Assembly: GCA_036397315.1 (NCBI GenBank)
Contig: DASWJG010000219.1
Span: 1 to 58,886 of the forward strand
Reading direction: 5' to 3'
Source: Methyloceanibacter sp.
GTDB taxonomy: Bacteria > Pseudomonadota > Alphaproteobacteria > Rhizobiales > Methyloligellaceae
DNA: 58,886 bases
The translations under genes and the position numbers were made by a program. Under the pieces are notes generated by a model, which saw only the letters and a program-made list of their open reading frames with translations, had not been told where the DNA came from and made no database searches. This document shows positions 23,259-33,846 of this stretch, one piece after another; within the stretch, counting starts at the first letter, position 1, and the number at the start of each line of letters is the position of its first letter.

Positions 23259-24554
23259 TCAAAAATTGTCCCTTATCCAGTCGCCGACTTTGGCGAAATA
23301 GCCGGTACCGGTGCGCAAGAAACGCTGCTCGGAGCGGCCCGAAAGCCTGTCGTCGCCGCGTGCCCAATGCAGAAGAAGTCCGATGCCGGCGGAAAAATCA
23401 GGTGCGCCTGCCACGGCGGGCAGCCCGCTCAACGACCTTGGACGGCCAAGCCGTGCCGGACGCCCGAACATATTGGCGGCGAGCTCGGGCAGGCCGGTGA
23501 GCTGGCTCCCGCCGCCGGTCAACACCAGGTGCTGCGTGGCCTCGGACGCAAGTCCGCTCCCCGCCAGCCGCCGCCGCATCAGATCGAGGATCTCCTCGAT
23601 GCGCGGGCGGATGATGGCAGCGAGCTGCGCCTTGTTGATCTGGTTCAGGCTCGGCTGCGGCATTCCGGTGACGGCAGGATAGGTGATGATCTCGCGCTCG
23701 TCGGACAGCGTGGCGAAGGCGCTGCCATGCAGCGTCTTGAGCCGCTCGGCGTAATCGAGGGGCGCGGAAAGGGTGCGGGCAATGTCGGTGGTGATGCCGT
23801 TGCCGCCAAGCGCGATGGCGTCGGCGTGGACGAAGTGCCCATCGACGAACACCGAGAGCGTAGTGGTGCCGGCGCCGAAATCGATACACGCCACGCCGAG
23901 CTTGGCCTCGTCAGGCGTCATCACCGCAAGCGCGCTCGCGCAAGGCGCCGCGACCAGGCTCGCAACGCCCAGATGGCACCGCTCGACGCAGAGCATCACG
24001 TTGCGCATGGCCACTTCGTCGGCGGTGACGGCATGGAGGTCGACGGCAAGCCGCTCGCCGCACATGCCCTGCGGCTCGCTGATGCCGCCATTCTCATCGA
24101 TGCGGTAGCTCAAGGGCAGCGCGTGCAGCACGCTGCGCTTGTCGCGTCCGGCATATTGGCGCCCGCCGGCAAGGAGCCGCATGACATCGTCTTCGCGCAC
24201 CGCGCCCGACGGCAGCGCCACGCTCGCCGAGAAGCTCTCGCTCTTGAGGCGCCCGCAGGTGACGGACACATGCACGTCCTCGACGGTCACGCCCGCCATG
24301 CGTTCGGCGGCATCCACCGCCGAGCGGATGCAGGCTTCGGCGCTGTCGAGATGCGTGATCATGCCGGCCTTCAGGCCCTCGGCGCGAGTGTGGTCGAAGC
24401 CCAGCACCTCGAACTGCACCGCATCGCCCTTGCCTTCGAACCAATCGGGCGCCGGTGAGGTCTTGGCGATCAGGCAGCAGATCTTGCTCGTGCCGACGTC
24501 AAGCGCGGTCACGATGCGCTGGCGCTTGCTTCTTATCGTCGTCGTGTATCCCAT
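23259..24554 (-). CDS. ftsA: Cell division protein FtsA
   Basis: ALDVGTSKICC, IDFGAGTT, AERLKTLHG, VLTGGGSQL and C-terminal WIRDNF helix. Confidence 0.96.
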   Translation of the reverse strand: MGYTTTIRSKRQRIVTALDVGTSKICCLIAKTSPAPDWFEGKGDAVQFEVLGFDHTRAEGLKAGMITHLDSAEACIRSAVDAAERMAGVTVEDVHVSVTCGRLKSESFSASVALPSGAVREDDVMRLLAGGRQYAGRDKRSVLHALPLSYRIDENGGISEPQGMCGERLAVDLHAVTADEVAMRNVMLCVERCHLGVASLVAAPCASALAVMTPDEAKLGVACIDFGAGTTTLSVFVDGHFVHADAIALGGNGITTDIARTLSAPLDYAERLKTLHGSAFATLSDEREIITYPAVTGMPQPSLNQINKAQLAAIIRPRIEEILDLMRRRLAGSGLASEATQHLVLTGGGSQLTGLPELAANMFGRPARLGRPRSLSGLPAVAGAPDFSAGIGLLLHWARGDDRLSGRSEQRFLRTGTGYFAKVGDWIRDNF

Positions 24555-24579
24555 CCCCCTGCCCTCAAACCCCGTCTTC

Positions 24580-25575
24580 TCATGTCTTTCCTTTGGCGGT
24601 CTTGGTGCTCGCCGTCGGCACTTCGGCTTGCGGCGCGCCGCCGGGCGGTGCCGCGGAAGCCGTCGCGCGCAAGCGCACGGTGACCCGATCGAGCAGACGC
24701 AAATCGACAGCGGCGATATCCCGTTTGAGTACCCCGCGTTCCCGATCGAGCTTGGCGAGCGAGGCGAGCGCCTCGCCGACATTGTCGTCGGGAAGCATGA
24801 TCTCAAGGCCTGAAGCGAGCTTCAGCGTCCAGCGCCGGTCGCCGACCCTGATTGCCGCAACGAGGTTTTGCGTAAGGTCGCCATGAGAATTCAGCTGATC
24901 GAACAGCTGGGCGGCGCTCTTTCCCGCCCCCTCGCCCACGACTAGGGGAAGGCCGGCATAGGCTTCGCGCAAAGCCGGCGCGAGCACGACCCCCTCGGCG
25001 TCAACCACATAAGTCTGACCCTTGTTCTGCCAGATGGCGTAAGGCGTCCGCTCCTCGATCACCACCTGCAAGGTCGAGGGCAGGAGCCGCATGACTTGCG
25101 CATGCCTGATCCACGGCACGGCTTCGAGCCGCGCTTTGGCGGCGTCGGTGTCGAAGCCGAGCATCATGGTGTCGGGGCCGGCGCCGAGCGCGGCCGTGAT
25201 CGCGGCGTCGGTCGCATGCAGCTGGCCGTTGAGGGTGATCCGCTTCACGCCGAAGCCGGCAGCAACGGCGAGATGCTCGATGCCGCTGGTGAGCGCGTCA
25301 TAGGCGCGGGCGGTCTGTCCGCCGACCACAGCACCATAGACGACGGCGCTGGCGAGGAAGAGGACGCAAAGGATAAGCCATTTGCCGCGCACACGATCCT
25401 GCCCGAGCCGGCCGAGCCGGATGGAACTCGGGCTGCGCGTGATGAGGCGGCGCGTTCCGGCGAGAACTGGCAGGCGACCCGAGGCCTTGCGCGGGGCGGC
25501 AATGCCGCGCGCAAGAAGGGTCTCTTGCGAGCCCCGTCTCCTGGCCATTCCCCTTGCGGGGTTCAGCGATCGCAC
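24580..25575 (-). CDS. ftsQ: Cell division protein FtsQ
   Basis: Single TM helix, POTRA domain ([16 protein letters not shown]), VGDRRWTL and [12 protein letters not shown]; lies between ddl and ftsA. Confidence 0.93.
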   Translation of the reverse strand: MRSLNPARGMARRRGSQETLLARGIAAPRKASGRLPVLAGTRRLITRSPSSIRLGRLGQDRVRGKWLILCVLFLASAVVYGAVVGGQTARAYDALTSGIEHLAVAAGFGVKRITLNGQLHATDAAITAALGAGPDTMMLGFDTDAAKARLEAVPWIRHAQVMRLLPSTLQVVIEERTPYAIWQNKGQTYVVDAEGVVLAPALREAYAGLPLVVGEGAGKSAAQLFDQLNSHGDLTQNLVAAIRVGDRRWTLKLASGLEIMLPDDNVGEALASLAKLDRERGVLKRDIAAVDLRLLDRVTVRLRATASAAPPGGAPQAEVPTASTKTAKGKT

Positions 25576-26498
25576 GACGCGTCCTCCACGATCCAGCGGA
25601 CCAACTCGGCAAACGAGCGGCCGCTATAGGCGGCAAGCTCGGGCACAAGTGACGTCGACGTCATGCCGGGCTGGGTATTGACCTCAAGGCAGATCAGTTC
25701 CCCCGTGCCCTCTGGCCGGTCGTCGAAGCGGAAGTCGGAGCGACTGACCCCACGGCAGCCCAGTGCCCTATGAGCCGCTAACGACAGCTTCTGTACCAAT
25801 TGGTAAACATTTGGTTTAAGCGGCGCCGGGAGCACGTGAATTGAGCCTCCCGGGGCGTATTTCGCGTCATAATCGTAGAAGGCGAGCCCCTCGGCTGGGC
25901 GGATTTCGATCACCCCCAGGGCCTCCTGCCCCATGACGGCGCAAGTGAGCTCCCGGCCGGGGATATAGCGCTCGACCATGACCTCCTCGCCGAGGGTCCA
26001 TTCGGCGGAGGTCAGCTCCTGGGGGGGATGGGCCTGGTCTTCGCGCACGATATAGACCCCGACGCTTGACCCTTCCGTCGGGGGCTTGATCACATAAGGC
26101 GGGGGCATGACATGGGCGCGGGCGGCTTCCGCCCTCGAGACCACGCGGCTTTCGGCTACCGGCACGCCGGCCGCGGCGAGCACTGCCTTGGCGCGCTCCT
26201 TGTGCATGGCGAGCGCCGAGGCCAACACGCCGGAATGGGTATAGGCGATGCCCATGGTCTCGAGCAGGCCCTGGATGCAGCCATCCTCGCCGTAGCGTCC
26301 ATGCAGCGCGTTGAAGCAGACATCCGGGCGGAGCTCGGCCAGACGGGAGGCCACGTCGCGGCCGACATCGAGACGGCTCACGCGGTAGTTTTGAGCTTCG
26401 AGAGCGTCGGCGCAGGCCGCGCCGGAGCGGAGCGACACCTCACGCTCCGATGACAAGCCGCCCATCAGGACGGCGACGTGAATTTGCTTATCGGGCAT
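25563..26498 (-). CDS. ddl: D-alanine--D-alanine ligase
   Basis: [32 protein letters not shown] and [16 protein letters not shown] motifs. Confidence 0.97.
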   Translation of the reverse strand: MPDKQIHVAVLMGGLSSEREVSLRSGAACADALEAQNYRVSRLDVGRDVASRLAELRPDVCFNALHGRYGEDGCIQGLLETMGIAYTHSGVLASALAMHKERAKAVLAAAGVPVAESRVVSRAEAARAHVMPPPYVIKPPTEGSSVGVYIVREDQAHPPQELTSAEWTLGEEVMVERYIPGRELTCAVMGQEALGVIEIRPAEGLAFYDYDAKYAPGGSIHVLPAPLKPNVYQLVQKLSLAAHRALGCRGVSRSDFRFDDRPEGTGELICLEVNTQPGMTSTSLVPELAAYSGRSFAELVRWIVEDASCDR

Positions 26499-26535
26499 GG
26501 CGATCCCCGTGTTGGTCGTGGCAGGCCGAGCTCGC

Positions 26536-26642
26536 TCGTCATACCGGCGCAAGCCGGTATCCAGCGAAAAACCTAACAAGCCATCAGCAGGAGGGGAATC
26601 GGCGATTCTTGTGCTGGATTCCGGCTTGCGCCGGAATGACGA
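26536..26642. repeat. REP-like palindromic element (two 30-bp inverted arms, each its own hairpin)
   Basis: tcgtcataccggcgcaagccggtatccagc (26536-26565) and gctggattccggcttgcgccggaatgacga (26613-26642) are inverted at 28 of 30 positions. Confidence 0.85.
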
Positions 26643-26663
26643 ACGACAGAGTCGCGTTCAAAG

Positions 26664-27584
26664 TCACACTGGCAGGCCGAGGCGCTTGATCTCCCATTCG
26701 AGCTCCACCCCGCTCGTCTCCTTGACCCGCGCGCGCACCGTCTCGCCGAGCTTCTCGAGGTCGGCGCCGGTGGCGTTGCCCTCATTGATGAGGAAATTGC
26801 AGTGCATCTCCGAGACCTTGGCGTCGCCGACCGAAAGCCCGCGGCAGCCGGCGGCGTCGATGAGCTGCCAAGCCTTGTGCCCCGGAGGGTTCTTGAAGGT
26901 CGATCCGCCGGTGCGGCTCTTGATGGGCTGCACCTCTTCGCGATAGGCGGCGATGTCGTCCATCTCGGCGAGGATCGTCGCGGGCTCACCGGGCTCGCCC
27001 TGGAACAGCGCCTCGGTGAAGATGAAGTCCTCAGGCGCGCCGCAATAACGATAGGCGTAGTGAAGCTCCAGCACGGGCAGCACATGCACGTTCCCTTTGC
27101 GGTCGACGGCGCGGGCCTCGACCAGCACCTCTCTCGTCTCGCGTCCATGCGCGCCACCGTTCATGCGGAGTGCCCCGCCGACGCAGCCCGGAATGCCGCG
27201 ATAGAAGGACAGGCCGGCGATGCCGGCGTCGGCGGCGGCGCGTGCCACTTTCACATCGGGCACGGCAGTGCCGGCGCGTAGCCGATAGTTGTCCTCTATT
27301 TTGATTTCGCCGAAGCCTCGGCCCAGGCGTATCACCACGCCCTCGATGCCGCCGTCGCGCACGAGAAGGTTCGAGCCAAGCCCGATGACGGTGATGGGAA
27401 TATCCGAGGGCGTCGTCGTCAGGAAATAAGCGAGGTCGGATTCATCGGCGGGCGAGTAGAGCACTTCCGCCGGACCGCCGGCTCTGAACCAGGTGAGGTC
27501 CTTGAGCGATGCCTCGGCTTTCAACCTGCCGCGTAGCTCTGGCAGGCTCGCAACAAGCCGGCTTTCAAGGTCGGCCCCGTTCAA
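26664..27584 (-). CDS. murB: UDP-N-acetylenolpyruvoylglucosamine reductase
   Basis: GLGSNLLVRDGG, GIPGCVGGALRMNGGA, TGGSTFKNP and HCNFLIN motifs. Confidence 0.97.
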   Translation of the reverse strand: MNGADLESRLVASLPELRGRLKAEASLKDLTWFRAGGPAEVLYSPADESDLAYFLTTTPSDIPITVIGLGSNLLVRDGGIEGVVIRLGRGFGEIKIEDNYRLRAGTAVPDVKVARAAADAGIAGLSFYRGIPGCVGGALRMNGGAHGRETREVLVEARAVDRKGNVHVLPVLELHYAYRYCGAPEDFIFTEALFQGEPGEPATILAEMDDIAAYREEVQPIKSRTGGSTFKNPPGHKAWQLIDAAGCRGLSVGDAKVSEMHCNFLINEGNATGADLEKLGETVRARVKETSGVELEWEIKRLGLPV

Positions 27585-29011
27585 GCCCGTCCCCTGTGCT
27601 GCTCGAGAGTCTTCGGCAGAGCGTTGATCCAGTCGGTGATGGTACCGGCGCCAAGCCCGACCACAAGATCGCCGGACTTGGCGACGGAAGCGATCGTCTC
27701 CACCAGGGTCTCCTCATCGTCGATTGTGAACACATTGGGATGGCCGTGACGGCGCAGTCCGGAGGCCAGCTCATCGCGGTCGATGCCGGGGATCGGCGCC
27801 TCGCCCGCCGAGTAGACCGGCGTCACCACGACGATATCGGCATCGTCGAGGCAGGCCGAGAAGTCGTTGAACAGCGCCTGTAGTCGCGTGTAGCGATGCG
27901 GTTGAACCACGGCGATGATGCGTCCCTTACCGGCCATGCGGGCGGCGCGCAGCACGGCAGCGATCTCCACCGGGTGATGGGCGTAGTCGTCATAGACGAC
28001 GACGCCCTGCCACTCGCCGGCGCGTGTGAAGCGCCGCTTCACGCCGGAGAAAGCGGCGAACGTTTTGCGTATCACGTCGTCGCTGACGCCCGCTTCCGTT
28101 GCTGCAGCAAGCGCGCCAAGCGCGTTCAACGCATTGTAATGGCCGAGCACGGGAAGCGTGAGATCCTCGAGCTTGCGCGTGCCGCCCTTCACCGCCGGGC
28201 CGAGATCAGCATCGAAACTGATCCTGTTGTGATCGGGACGCAAATTAGCGAGCCTGATGTCGGCATCGCGCGCGACCCCATAGGTCAAGGTGCGGCGCCC
28301 GTTGGCGGCGCCCCCGAGCTTGGCGAGAAGCTCGCGCACCACCGGATGATCGATGCAGGCAACTGCGACCCCGTAAAAGGGGATCGCCTCGATGAATTGA
28401 AGAAATGACTGATGCAGCGCGTCGAGCGACGGCCAATAGTCCATATGCTCGGGGTCGATATTGGTCACCACGCCGATCTGGGTGGGGAGCTTCAAGAACG
28501 TGCCGTCCGATTCGTCGGCCTCGACCACCATCCACTCGCCTTTGCCGATGCGGGCGTTGGTGCCCCAGGCGTTGATAATGCCGCCGGCGATCACCGTGGG
28601 ATCGAGATTGGCGGCTTTGAGCAGGTCGGCGATGAGCGCCGTGGTGGTGGTCTTGCCGTGGGTGCCGGTGATCGACACGGTTGCGCACGGGCGCATCAGC
28701 TCGGCCAGCATCTCGGCGCGGCGGATGATGGGAAGTCCGCGCTCCTTGGCCGCCTCGAACTCGGGATTGCCGGCCTTCACGGCGCTGGAGATGACGAGGT
28801 AGGCGGCACCCTTGACGTTATCGGGATCATGGCCGATCAGGCAGGAGATGCCGTGGGCGCGCAAGCGCTCGAGATTGGGGCCGTCCTTGAGGTCGCTCCC
28901 TTGCACGCGATAGCCACGGGTGTGCATCACCTCGGCAATGGCGCTCATGCCGATGCCACCGATGCCCACGATATGGAACAGGACTGCCTGGTCAGGGTCT
29001 GGGAGATGCAT
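27581..29011 (-). CDS. murC: UDP-N-acetylmuramate--L-alanine ligase
   Basis: GIGGIGMSAIA, GTHGKTTTT, EADESDGTF, DDYAHHPVEI and QPHRYTR motifs. Confidence 0.97.
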   Translation of the reverse strand: MHLPDPDQAVLFHIVGIGGIGMSAIAEVMHTRGYRVQGSDLKDGPNLERLRAHGISCLIGHDPDNVKGAAYLVISSAVKAGNPEFEAAKERGLPIIRRAEMLAELMRPCATVSITGTHGKTTTTALIADLLKAANLDPTVIAGGIINAWGTNARIGKGEWMVVEADESDGTFLKLPTQIGVVTNIDPEHMDYWPSLDALHQSFLQFIEAIPFYGVAVACIDHPVVRELLAKLGGAANGRRTLTYGVARDADIRLANLRPDHNRISFDADLGPAVKGGTRKLEDLTLPVLGHYNALNALGALAAATEAGVSDDVIRKTFAAFSGVKRRFTRAGEWQGVVVYDDYAHHPVEIAAVLRAARMAGKGRIIAVVQPHRYTRLQALFNDFSACLDDADIVVVTPVYSAGEAPIPGIDRDELASGLRRHGHPNVFTIDDEETLVETIASVAKSGDLVVGLGAGTITDWINALPKTLEQHRGRA

Positions 29012-30134
29012 GGCCGGACTCTACACCACCTGTTTCCCTTAAGCGCGCGAGCTCCTCGGCGAGATCGGCAAGCTTGCTCACCGCCTCGGTCGGGGCAAGC
29101 GCCTTCGCCTTGGCGGCGGCATCGGCCAGGAGCTCGGGCGAGGTCGAGAGCCGCTCAAGCTCTCTGGCGAGGCGCTCCGGCGTCAGCTCGCTTTGCCTGA
29201 TGCACCAGCCGCCCCCGCCTTCTTGAAGCCGACTTGCATTTTCGAGCTGATCGTTGTCAAGGGCGTGCGGCAGCGGCACGAGCAGGCAGGGGCGGCCGAT
29301 GGCCATCAGCTCGGCGACGGTCGAAGCCCCGGCGCGGGCGATGACGAGATGGGCGGTGGCGATGCGTTCCGGCAGGTCGCGGAAGAAGGGTGCCAAATGC
29401 GCGGCGATGCCCGCCTCCTTGTAGGTCTCGCGCAGTTCGGCGAGATCCTCATCGCGGACCTGCTGGACAATGGTGAGACGCCAGCGGAACGGCGAGGACA
29501 TGAGGAGCAACGCTTGCGGCATTACCTCGGCGAAGAAGTGCGCGCCTTGACTGCCGCCGAACACGAGGAGAAGGAGCCGACCCGCAGGCTCGGGGGCAAC
29601 ATAGGGCACGTCACGATAGGCCAGCACGGCATCGCGCACCGGCGTACCGATCACTTGCGCGCGAGCCTCGGCGCCGCGGTGAAGCCGCTTGGTCGGCGAG
29701 AACGATAGCGCGACGCGGTCGGCGAAGCGCGAGAGGAGCCGGTTCGCTCTGCCCATCACGGCGTTCTGCTCGTGGATCGCGGTCGGGATACCGAGCGAGC
29801 GCGCCGCCATGATCGGCGGCAGAGTGGGATAGCCGCCGAAGCCGATCACCGCCAGGGGATCGATCTCGCTCAACAGGTGGCGCGCCTTCAGGTAGCCTTT
29901 GAAAAGTCGGGCAAAGGTTTTCGCCATGGCAAGTGGCGAGCGGCTGCCGAAGGTGGCGGAAGGGATGCGGTGGATGGCGCGCGCCGGGAACTCGACGCCA
30001 TATTTCTCGGCGCGCTCGTCGGTGGCGAGCTCGACCTCGTAGCCGCGGCGCTTCAGCTCCTGCGCCAAGGCAGCAGCAGGAAACAGATGCCCGCCCGTGC
30101 CCCCCGCAGCGAGCAGGATCGGGCGCGCGGTCAA
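28992..30134 (-). CDS. murG: Undecaprenyl-PP-MurNAc-pentapeptide GlcNAc transferase
   Basis: AGGTGGHLFPA, GFGGYP, HEQNAVMGRANR, GGSQGA and RAGASTVAEL motifs. Confidence 0.97.
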   Translation of the reverse strand: MTARPILLAAGGTGGHLFPAAALAQELKRRGYEVELATDERAEKYGVEFPARAIHRIPSATFGSRSPLAMAKTFARLFKGYLKARHLLSEIDPLAVIGFGGYPTLPPIMAARSLGIPTAIHEQNAVMGRANRLLSRFADRVALSFSPTKRLHRGAEARAQVIGTPVRDAVLAYRDVPYVAPEPAGRLLLLVFGGSQGAHFFAEVMPQALLLMSSPFRWRLTIVQQVRDEDLAELRETYKEAGIAAHLAPFFRDLPERIATAHLVIARAGASTVAELMAIGRPCLLVPLPHALDNDQLENASRLQEGGGGWCIRQSELTPERLARELERLSTSPELLADAAAKAKALAPTEAVSKLADLAEELARLRETGGVESGHASPRP

Positions 30135-31309
30135 GCTGCCTGCTCCCTAATGGAAGCCGCCTCGGAGTCAGGCTGGGCGTGGGTGCTCCGCTTCAGCCGC
30201 CCGGCCATGGGGCGCTTGCGGGTGAGACCGAGGGCAAAGCCCATGGTCAGCGCCATGGCGAGCAGCGAGGAGCCGCCATAAGAGATGAAGGGCAAGGTCA
30301 TGCCCTTGGCGGGAAGCAACCCCACATTGACCGCCATGTTGATCAGGGCCTGCAAGCCGAACAGCATGATGAGGCCCGCCACGGCATGCCGGATGAAGCC
30401 GTCGGGCTCCTGCGAGGCCTTGGACAGGCCGCGCAGCACGATGAAGGCAAACAAGGCGAGCAGGATGAGGCAGGCGATCAGCCCGTATTCCTCGGCGGTC
30501 ACGGCGAAGATGAAGTCGGTATGGGAGTCGGGCAGCACATTCTTCACCGTGCCCTCGCCGGGCCCTCTGCCGAACCAGCCGCCATGAAGGAACGAGTCGA
30601 GCGAGCGGTCGGCCTGGTAGGTGTCCCCGGAGGCGGGGTTGAGGAAGCGGTCGATGCGCGAGGCCACGTGGGGCACGAGGAAATAGGCGGAGACGATGCC
30701 GGCGATCCCGGCAGCACCGAGCGCTCCGATCCAGACGATATTGATGCCCGCCATATAGAAGAGCGCGCCCCAGACAAGCGTAATGAGAAGGGTCTGGCCG
30801 AAATCAGGCTGCATGACGAGCAGCACCGCGAAGATGGCGTACAGCGCGACGGCAAGCTGGATGCCGGGGACATCGCGGCGCTTCTGGCTTTCGTTGAAGA
30901 GCCAGGCGGTGAGCACGACGAAGGCAGGCTTCACGAACTCCGACGGCTGGATCGAGACGGCGCCGATCTGGAGCCAGCGCTTGGCGCCCTTGATCTCGGG
31001 CCCCAGGAAAAGGATCAGAACCATCAAGGCGATGCCGACAAGGAAGATGACGAGGCTCGCGCGCCTGATCTGCTTCGGCGTGAGCGTCGAGGCTGCGAAC
31101 ATGATGGCCACCGCGGGCAGGAGCAGCGCGGCGTGACGGCGCACGAAATAAAATGGCTCGAGATCGTATTTGGCGGCGATCGGCGGGCTCGCCGCGAGCG
31201 ATAGCACGAGGCCGGCGCCCATCAGCAGCAGGAGACCGAAGAACATCAGCCGGTCGACGGTGAACCACCAGTCCGAGAGAACGCTGCGATCGGCGCGGGT
31301 GAGCCTCAT
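30131..31309 (-). CDS. ftsW: Peptidoglycan glycosyltransferase FtsW (SEDS family)
   Basis: GAKRWL, QPSEFVKP, QPDFGQ, PDSHTDFIF and GMTLPFISYGGSS motifs. Confidence 0.97.
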   Translation of the reverse strand: MRLTRADRSVLSDWWFTVDRLMFFGLLLLMGAGLVLSLAASPPIAAKYDLEPFYFVRRHAALLLPAVAIMFAASTLTPKQIRRASLVIFLVGIALMVLILFLGPEIKGAKRWLQIGAVSIQPSEFVKPAFVVLTAWLFNESQKRRDVPGIQLAVALYAIFAVLLVMQPDFGQTLLITLVWGALFYMAGINIVWIGALGAAGIAGIVSAYFLVPHVASRIDRFLNPASGDTYQADRSLDSFLHGGWFGRGPGEGTVKNVLPDSHTDFIFAVTAEEYGLIACLILLALFAFIVLRGLSKASQEPDGFIRHAVAGLIMLFGLQALINMAVNVGLLPAKGMTLPFISYGGSSLLAMALTMGFALGLTRKRPMAGRLKRSTHAQPDSEAASIREQAA

Positions 31310-32724
31310 GCCGCTTTCCCTTGCTCAGGCTTCACCCTCTCGGCGCCGTCGAGGCCCATGACCATGTCCCGAAAGGCATCGCCGCGCTTGGCGAAATTGT
31401 CGAACTGATCATAAGAGGCGCAAGCGGGCGAGAGAAGCACGACAGGCTCCTTGGCGGCGGAACGGCTCGCGTCGGCCGCCGCCGCCGCGACGGCGCGGTC
31501 GAGCGTGCCGCACTGCACATGATCGACAGCGCCGCCGAGTTGGCGGGCAAAAGCCTCGGCGGCCTCCCCGATCAGATAGGCGCGGGCGATTTTCGGGAAG
31601 AAAGGTTCAAGCCCCCCTAACCCTCCCTCTTTCGGCCTACCGCCGATAATCCAATAGATGTCGGTGAAGCTGGCCAGCGCCTTGCCCGCGGCGTCGGCGT
31701 TGGTGGCCTTGGAGTCGTTGACGAACAGCACCTTGCCGCGACGCGCCACCTGCTCCATGCGATGGGAGAGGCCGGCGAAGCTCTTAAGACCTTGCGCGAT
31801 GGAAGCGGCGGGGAGCCCTTGCGAACGGGCGAGAGCGTAAGCGACAGCGGCGTTCTGCCAATTATGCGCGCCTCTGAGAGAGCCGATGCCGGCGAGGTCG
31901 ACGCGCCCGACTTCCCTGCCTCCTTCCATCTCATGCAGCACGCCGTCCTTGGCGAAGACGCCCGTTTCCACAGGACGCCCCACAGCGATGCGTTTCACCG
32001 CAACGGATCCTTTGATTCTGTCGGCGATGGCGCGGGATGGTGCGTCGTCCACGCCGATCACAGCCGTCCCTCCCGGTGCGAGATGCGCAAAGACCATAGA
32101 CTTGATGCGGGCATAGTTCTCTAGCGTGAAGTGGCGGTCGAGATGGTCGGGGGTGATGTTGAGAAGCGCCGCGGCGTCGGGGGCGAGGTCCGGCGCAAGC
32201 TCGATCTGGAAGGAGGAAAGCTCGATGACATAGGTGAGGTCGGGCGCGAATGGCTCGAGATCGAGCACCGCGTTGCCGATATTGCCGCCAAGTGCCACGC
32301 GCTTGCCTGCGGCGCTAAGAAGATGGGCGGTGAGCGCCGTGGTGGTCGATTTGCCGTTGGTGCCGGTGACGACCACCACCCGGCCCGGCGCTTGGTCCGT
32401 CGCACGCTGGCGAAAGAAGAGCTCCATATCGCCGATCACCTCGACGCCTGCTTCCCTGGCGCGCTTGACGCTCCAATGGGGCTCAGGGTGGGTCAAGGGA
32501 ATGCCGGGGGTGAGCACGAGCGCGGCGAATCCCGACCAGTCGGCAGCGGCCAGATCGCTCACGGTAAAGCCTGCCGCTTCAGCCTCGTCCCGCGCGGCTT
32601 TCTTGTCGTCCCAGAGGACGGCATGGGCGCCGCCTGCCTGGAGCGCGCGCGCAACGGCAAGGCCGCTCACGCCTAGGCCGAGGACCGCAACGTCCCGGCC
32701 GGCGAAGATCGTCACGGGAATCAT
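31306..32724 (-). CDS. murD: UDP-N-acetylmuramoyl-L-alanine--D-glutamate ligase
   Basis: TGTNGKSTTT, ELSSFQ, NITPDHLDRH, NDSKATN and LSPACASYDQF motifs; start MIPVT at 32724. Confidence 0.97.
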   Translation of the reverse strand: MIPVTIFAGRDVAVLGLGVSGLAVARALQAGGAHAVLWDDKKAARDEAEAAGFTVSDLAAADWSGFAALVLTPGIPLTHPEPHWSVKRAREAGVEVIGDMELFFRQRATDQAPGRVVVVTGTNGKSTTTALTAHLLSAAGKRVALGGNIGNAVLDLEPFAPDLTYVIELSSFQIELAPDLAPDAAALLNITPDHLDRHFTLENYARIKSMVFAHLAPGGTAVIGVDDAPSRAIADRIKGSVAVKRIAVGRPVETGVFAKDGVLHEMEGGREVGRVDLAGIGSLRGAHNWQNAAVAYALARSQGLPAASIAQGLKSFAGLSHRMEQVARRGKVLFVNDSKATNADAAGKALASFTDIYWIIGGRPKEGGLGGLEPFFPKIARAYLIGEAAEAFARQLGGAVDHVQCGTLDRAVAAAAADASRSAAKEPVVLLSPACASYDQFDNFAKRGDAFRDMVMGLDGAERVKPEQGKAA

Positions 32725-32735
32725 AATGAAGGAAC

Positions 32736-33821
32736 TTAGCGCAATTTCAGCGTGGCGAGGCCGGCAAGCGCAAGCGCCACGGCAATGATCCAGAACCTGA
32801 TCACCACCGTCGATTCGGGCCAGCCTTTCTGCTCGAAATGATGGTGCAGCGGCGCCATGCGGAACACGCGCACGCCAAACAGTTGATAGGAGGTGACTTG
32901 TACGATCACCGAAATGGCCTCGAGCACGAACAGCCCGCCAACGATGGCAAGCACGAGCTCGTGCTTGGTGGCAACGGCGATGGTGCCAAGCGCGCCGCCG
33001 AGAGCGAGGGAGCCGGTGTCGCCCATGAAGATGAGAGCGGGGGGCGCGTTGAACCAGAGAAATCCGAGCCCGGCTCCGACCAGGGCGCCGCACACCACGG
33101 CAAGCTCGCCCGTGCCTTGCACGAAATGGATTTGCAGATAGTCGGCAAAGAGAACGTTGCCGACGAGGTAGGAGATGAAGCCGAAGGTGGCAGCGGCGAT
33201 CATCACCGGCACGATGGCGAGCCCGTCGAGGCCGTCGGTCAGGTTCACGGCGTTGCCAGCGCCGACAATGATGAAGGCCCCGAAGGGAATGAACAGCCAG
33301 CCGAGATCGATCAGCACGCTCTTGAAGAAGGGAATAGCGAGAGAGGTCGCCAGCGGCTCCTGGCCGACATGGACGATGATGGCGGTGGCGACCACGGCGG
33401 CGGCAGCCTCGATGACGATCTTGATGCGGCCACGGAAGCCTTCCGCCGACTGCTTGGTCACTTTGAGATAGTCGTCGTAGAGACCGACGGCGCCATAGAC
33501 GAGGGTGAGCAGCAGGACCACCCAGACATAAACATTGTGCAGATTGCCCCAGAGCAGCACGGCGACGGTCACGCCGGACAGGATCATCAGCCCGCCCATG
33601 GTCGGCGTGCCCTGCTTCTGGAGGAGATGGCGCTCGGGGCCGTCTTTGCGGATCGGCTGTCCTTTGCCCTGGCGCACACGTAAGGACCTGATCACCTTCG
33701 GCCCGAACAGGAACACGAACAAAAGGGCCGTGAGCAGCGCCCCACCGGTGCGGAAGGTGATGTAACGGAAGATGTTGAGGAAGGCGAGCTCAGGGGTAAG
33801 CTCGGTCAGCCAATAGAGCAT
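32736..33821 (-). CDS. mraY: Phospho-N-acetylmuramoyl-pentapeptide transferase
   Basis: [33 protein letters not shown] and MAPLHHHFE motifs. Confidence 0.98.
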   Translation of the reverse strand: MLYWLTELTPELAFLNIFRYITFRTGGALLTALLFVFLFGPKVIRSLRVRQGKGQPIRKDGPERHLLQKQGTPTMGGLMILSGVTVAVLLWGNLHNVYVWVVLLLTLVYGAVGLYDDYLKVTKQSAEGFRGRIKIVIEAAAAVVATAIIVHVGQEPLATSLAIPFFKSVLIDLGWLFIPFGAFIIVGAGNAVNLTDGLDGLAIVPVMIAAATFGFISYLVGNVLFADYLQIHFVQGTGELAVVCGALVGAGLGFLWFNAPPALIFMGDTGSLALGGALGTIAVATKHELVLAIVGGLFVLEAISVIVQVTSYQLFGVRVFRMAPLHHHFEQKGWPESTVVIRFWIIAVALALAGLATLKLR

Positions 33822-33846
33822 TTTCTCTTCCCTTCCCCCGTCCGGT

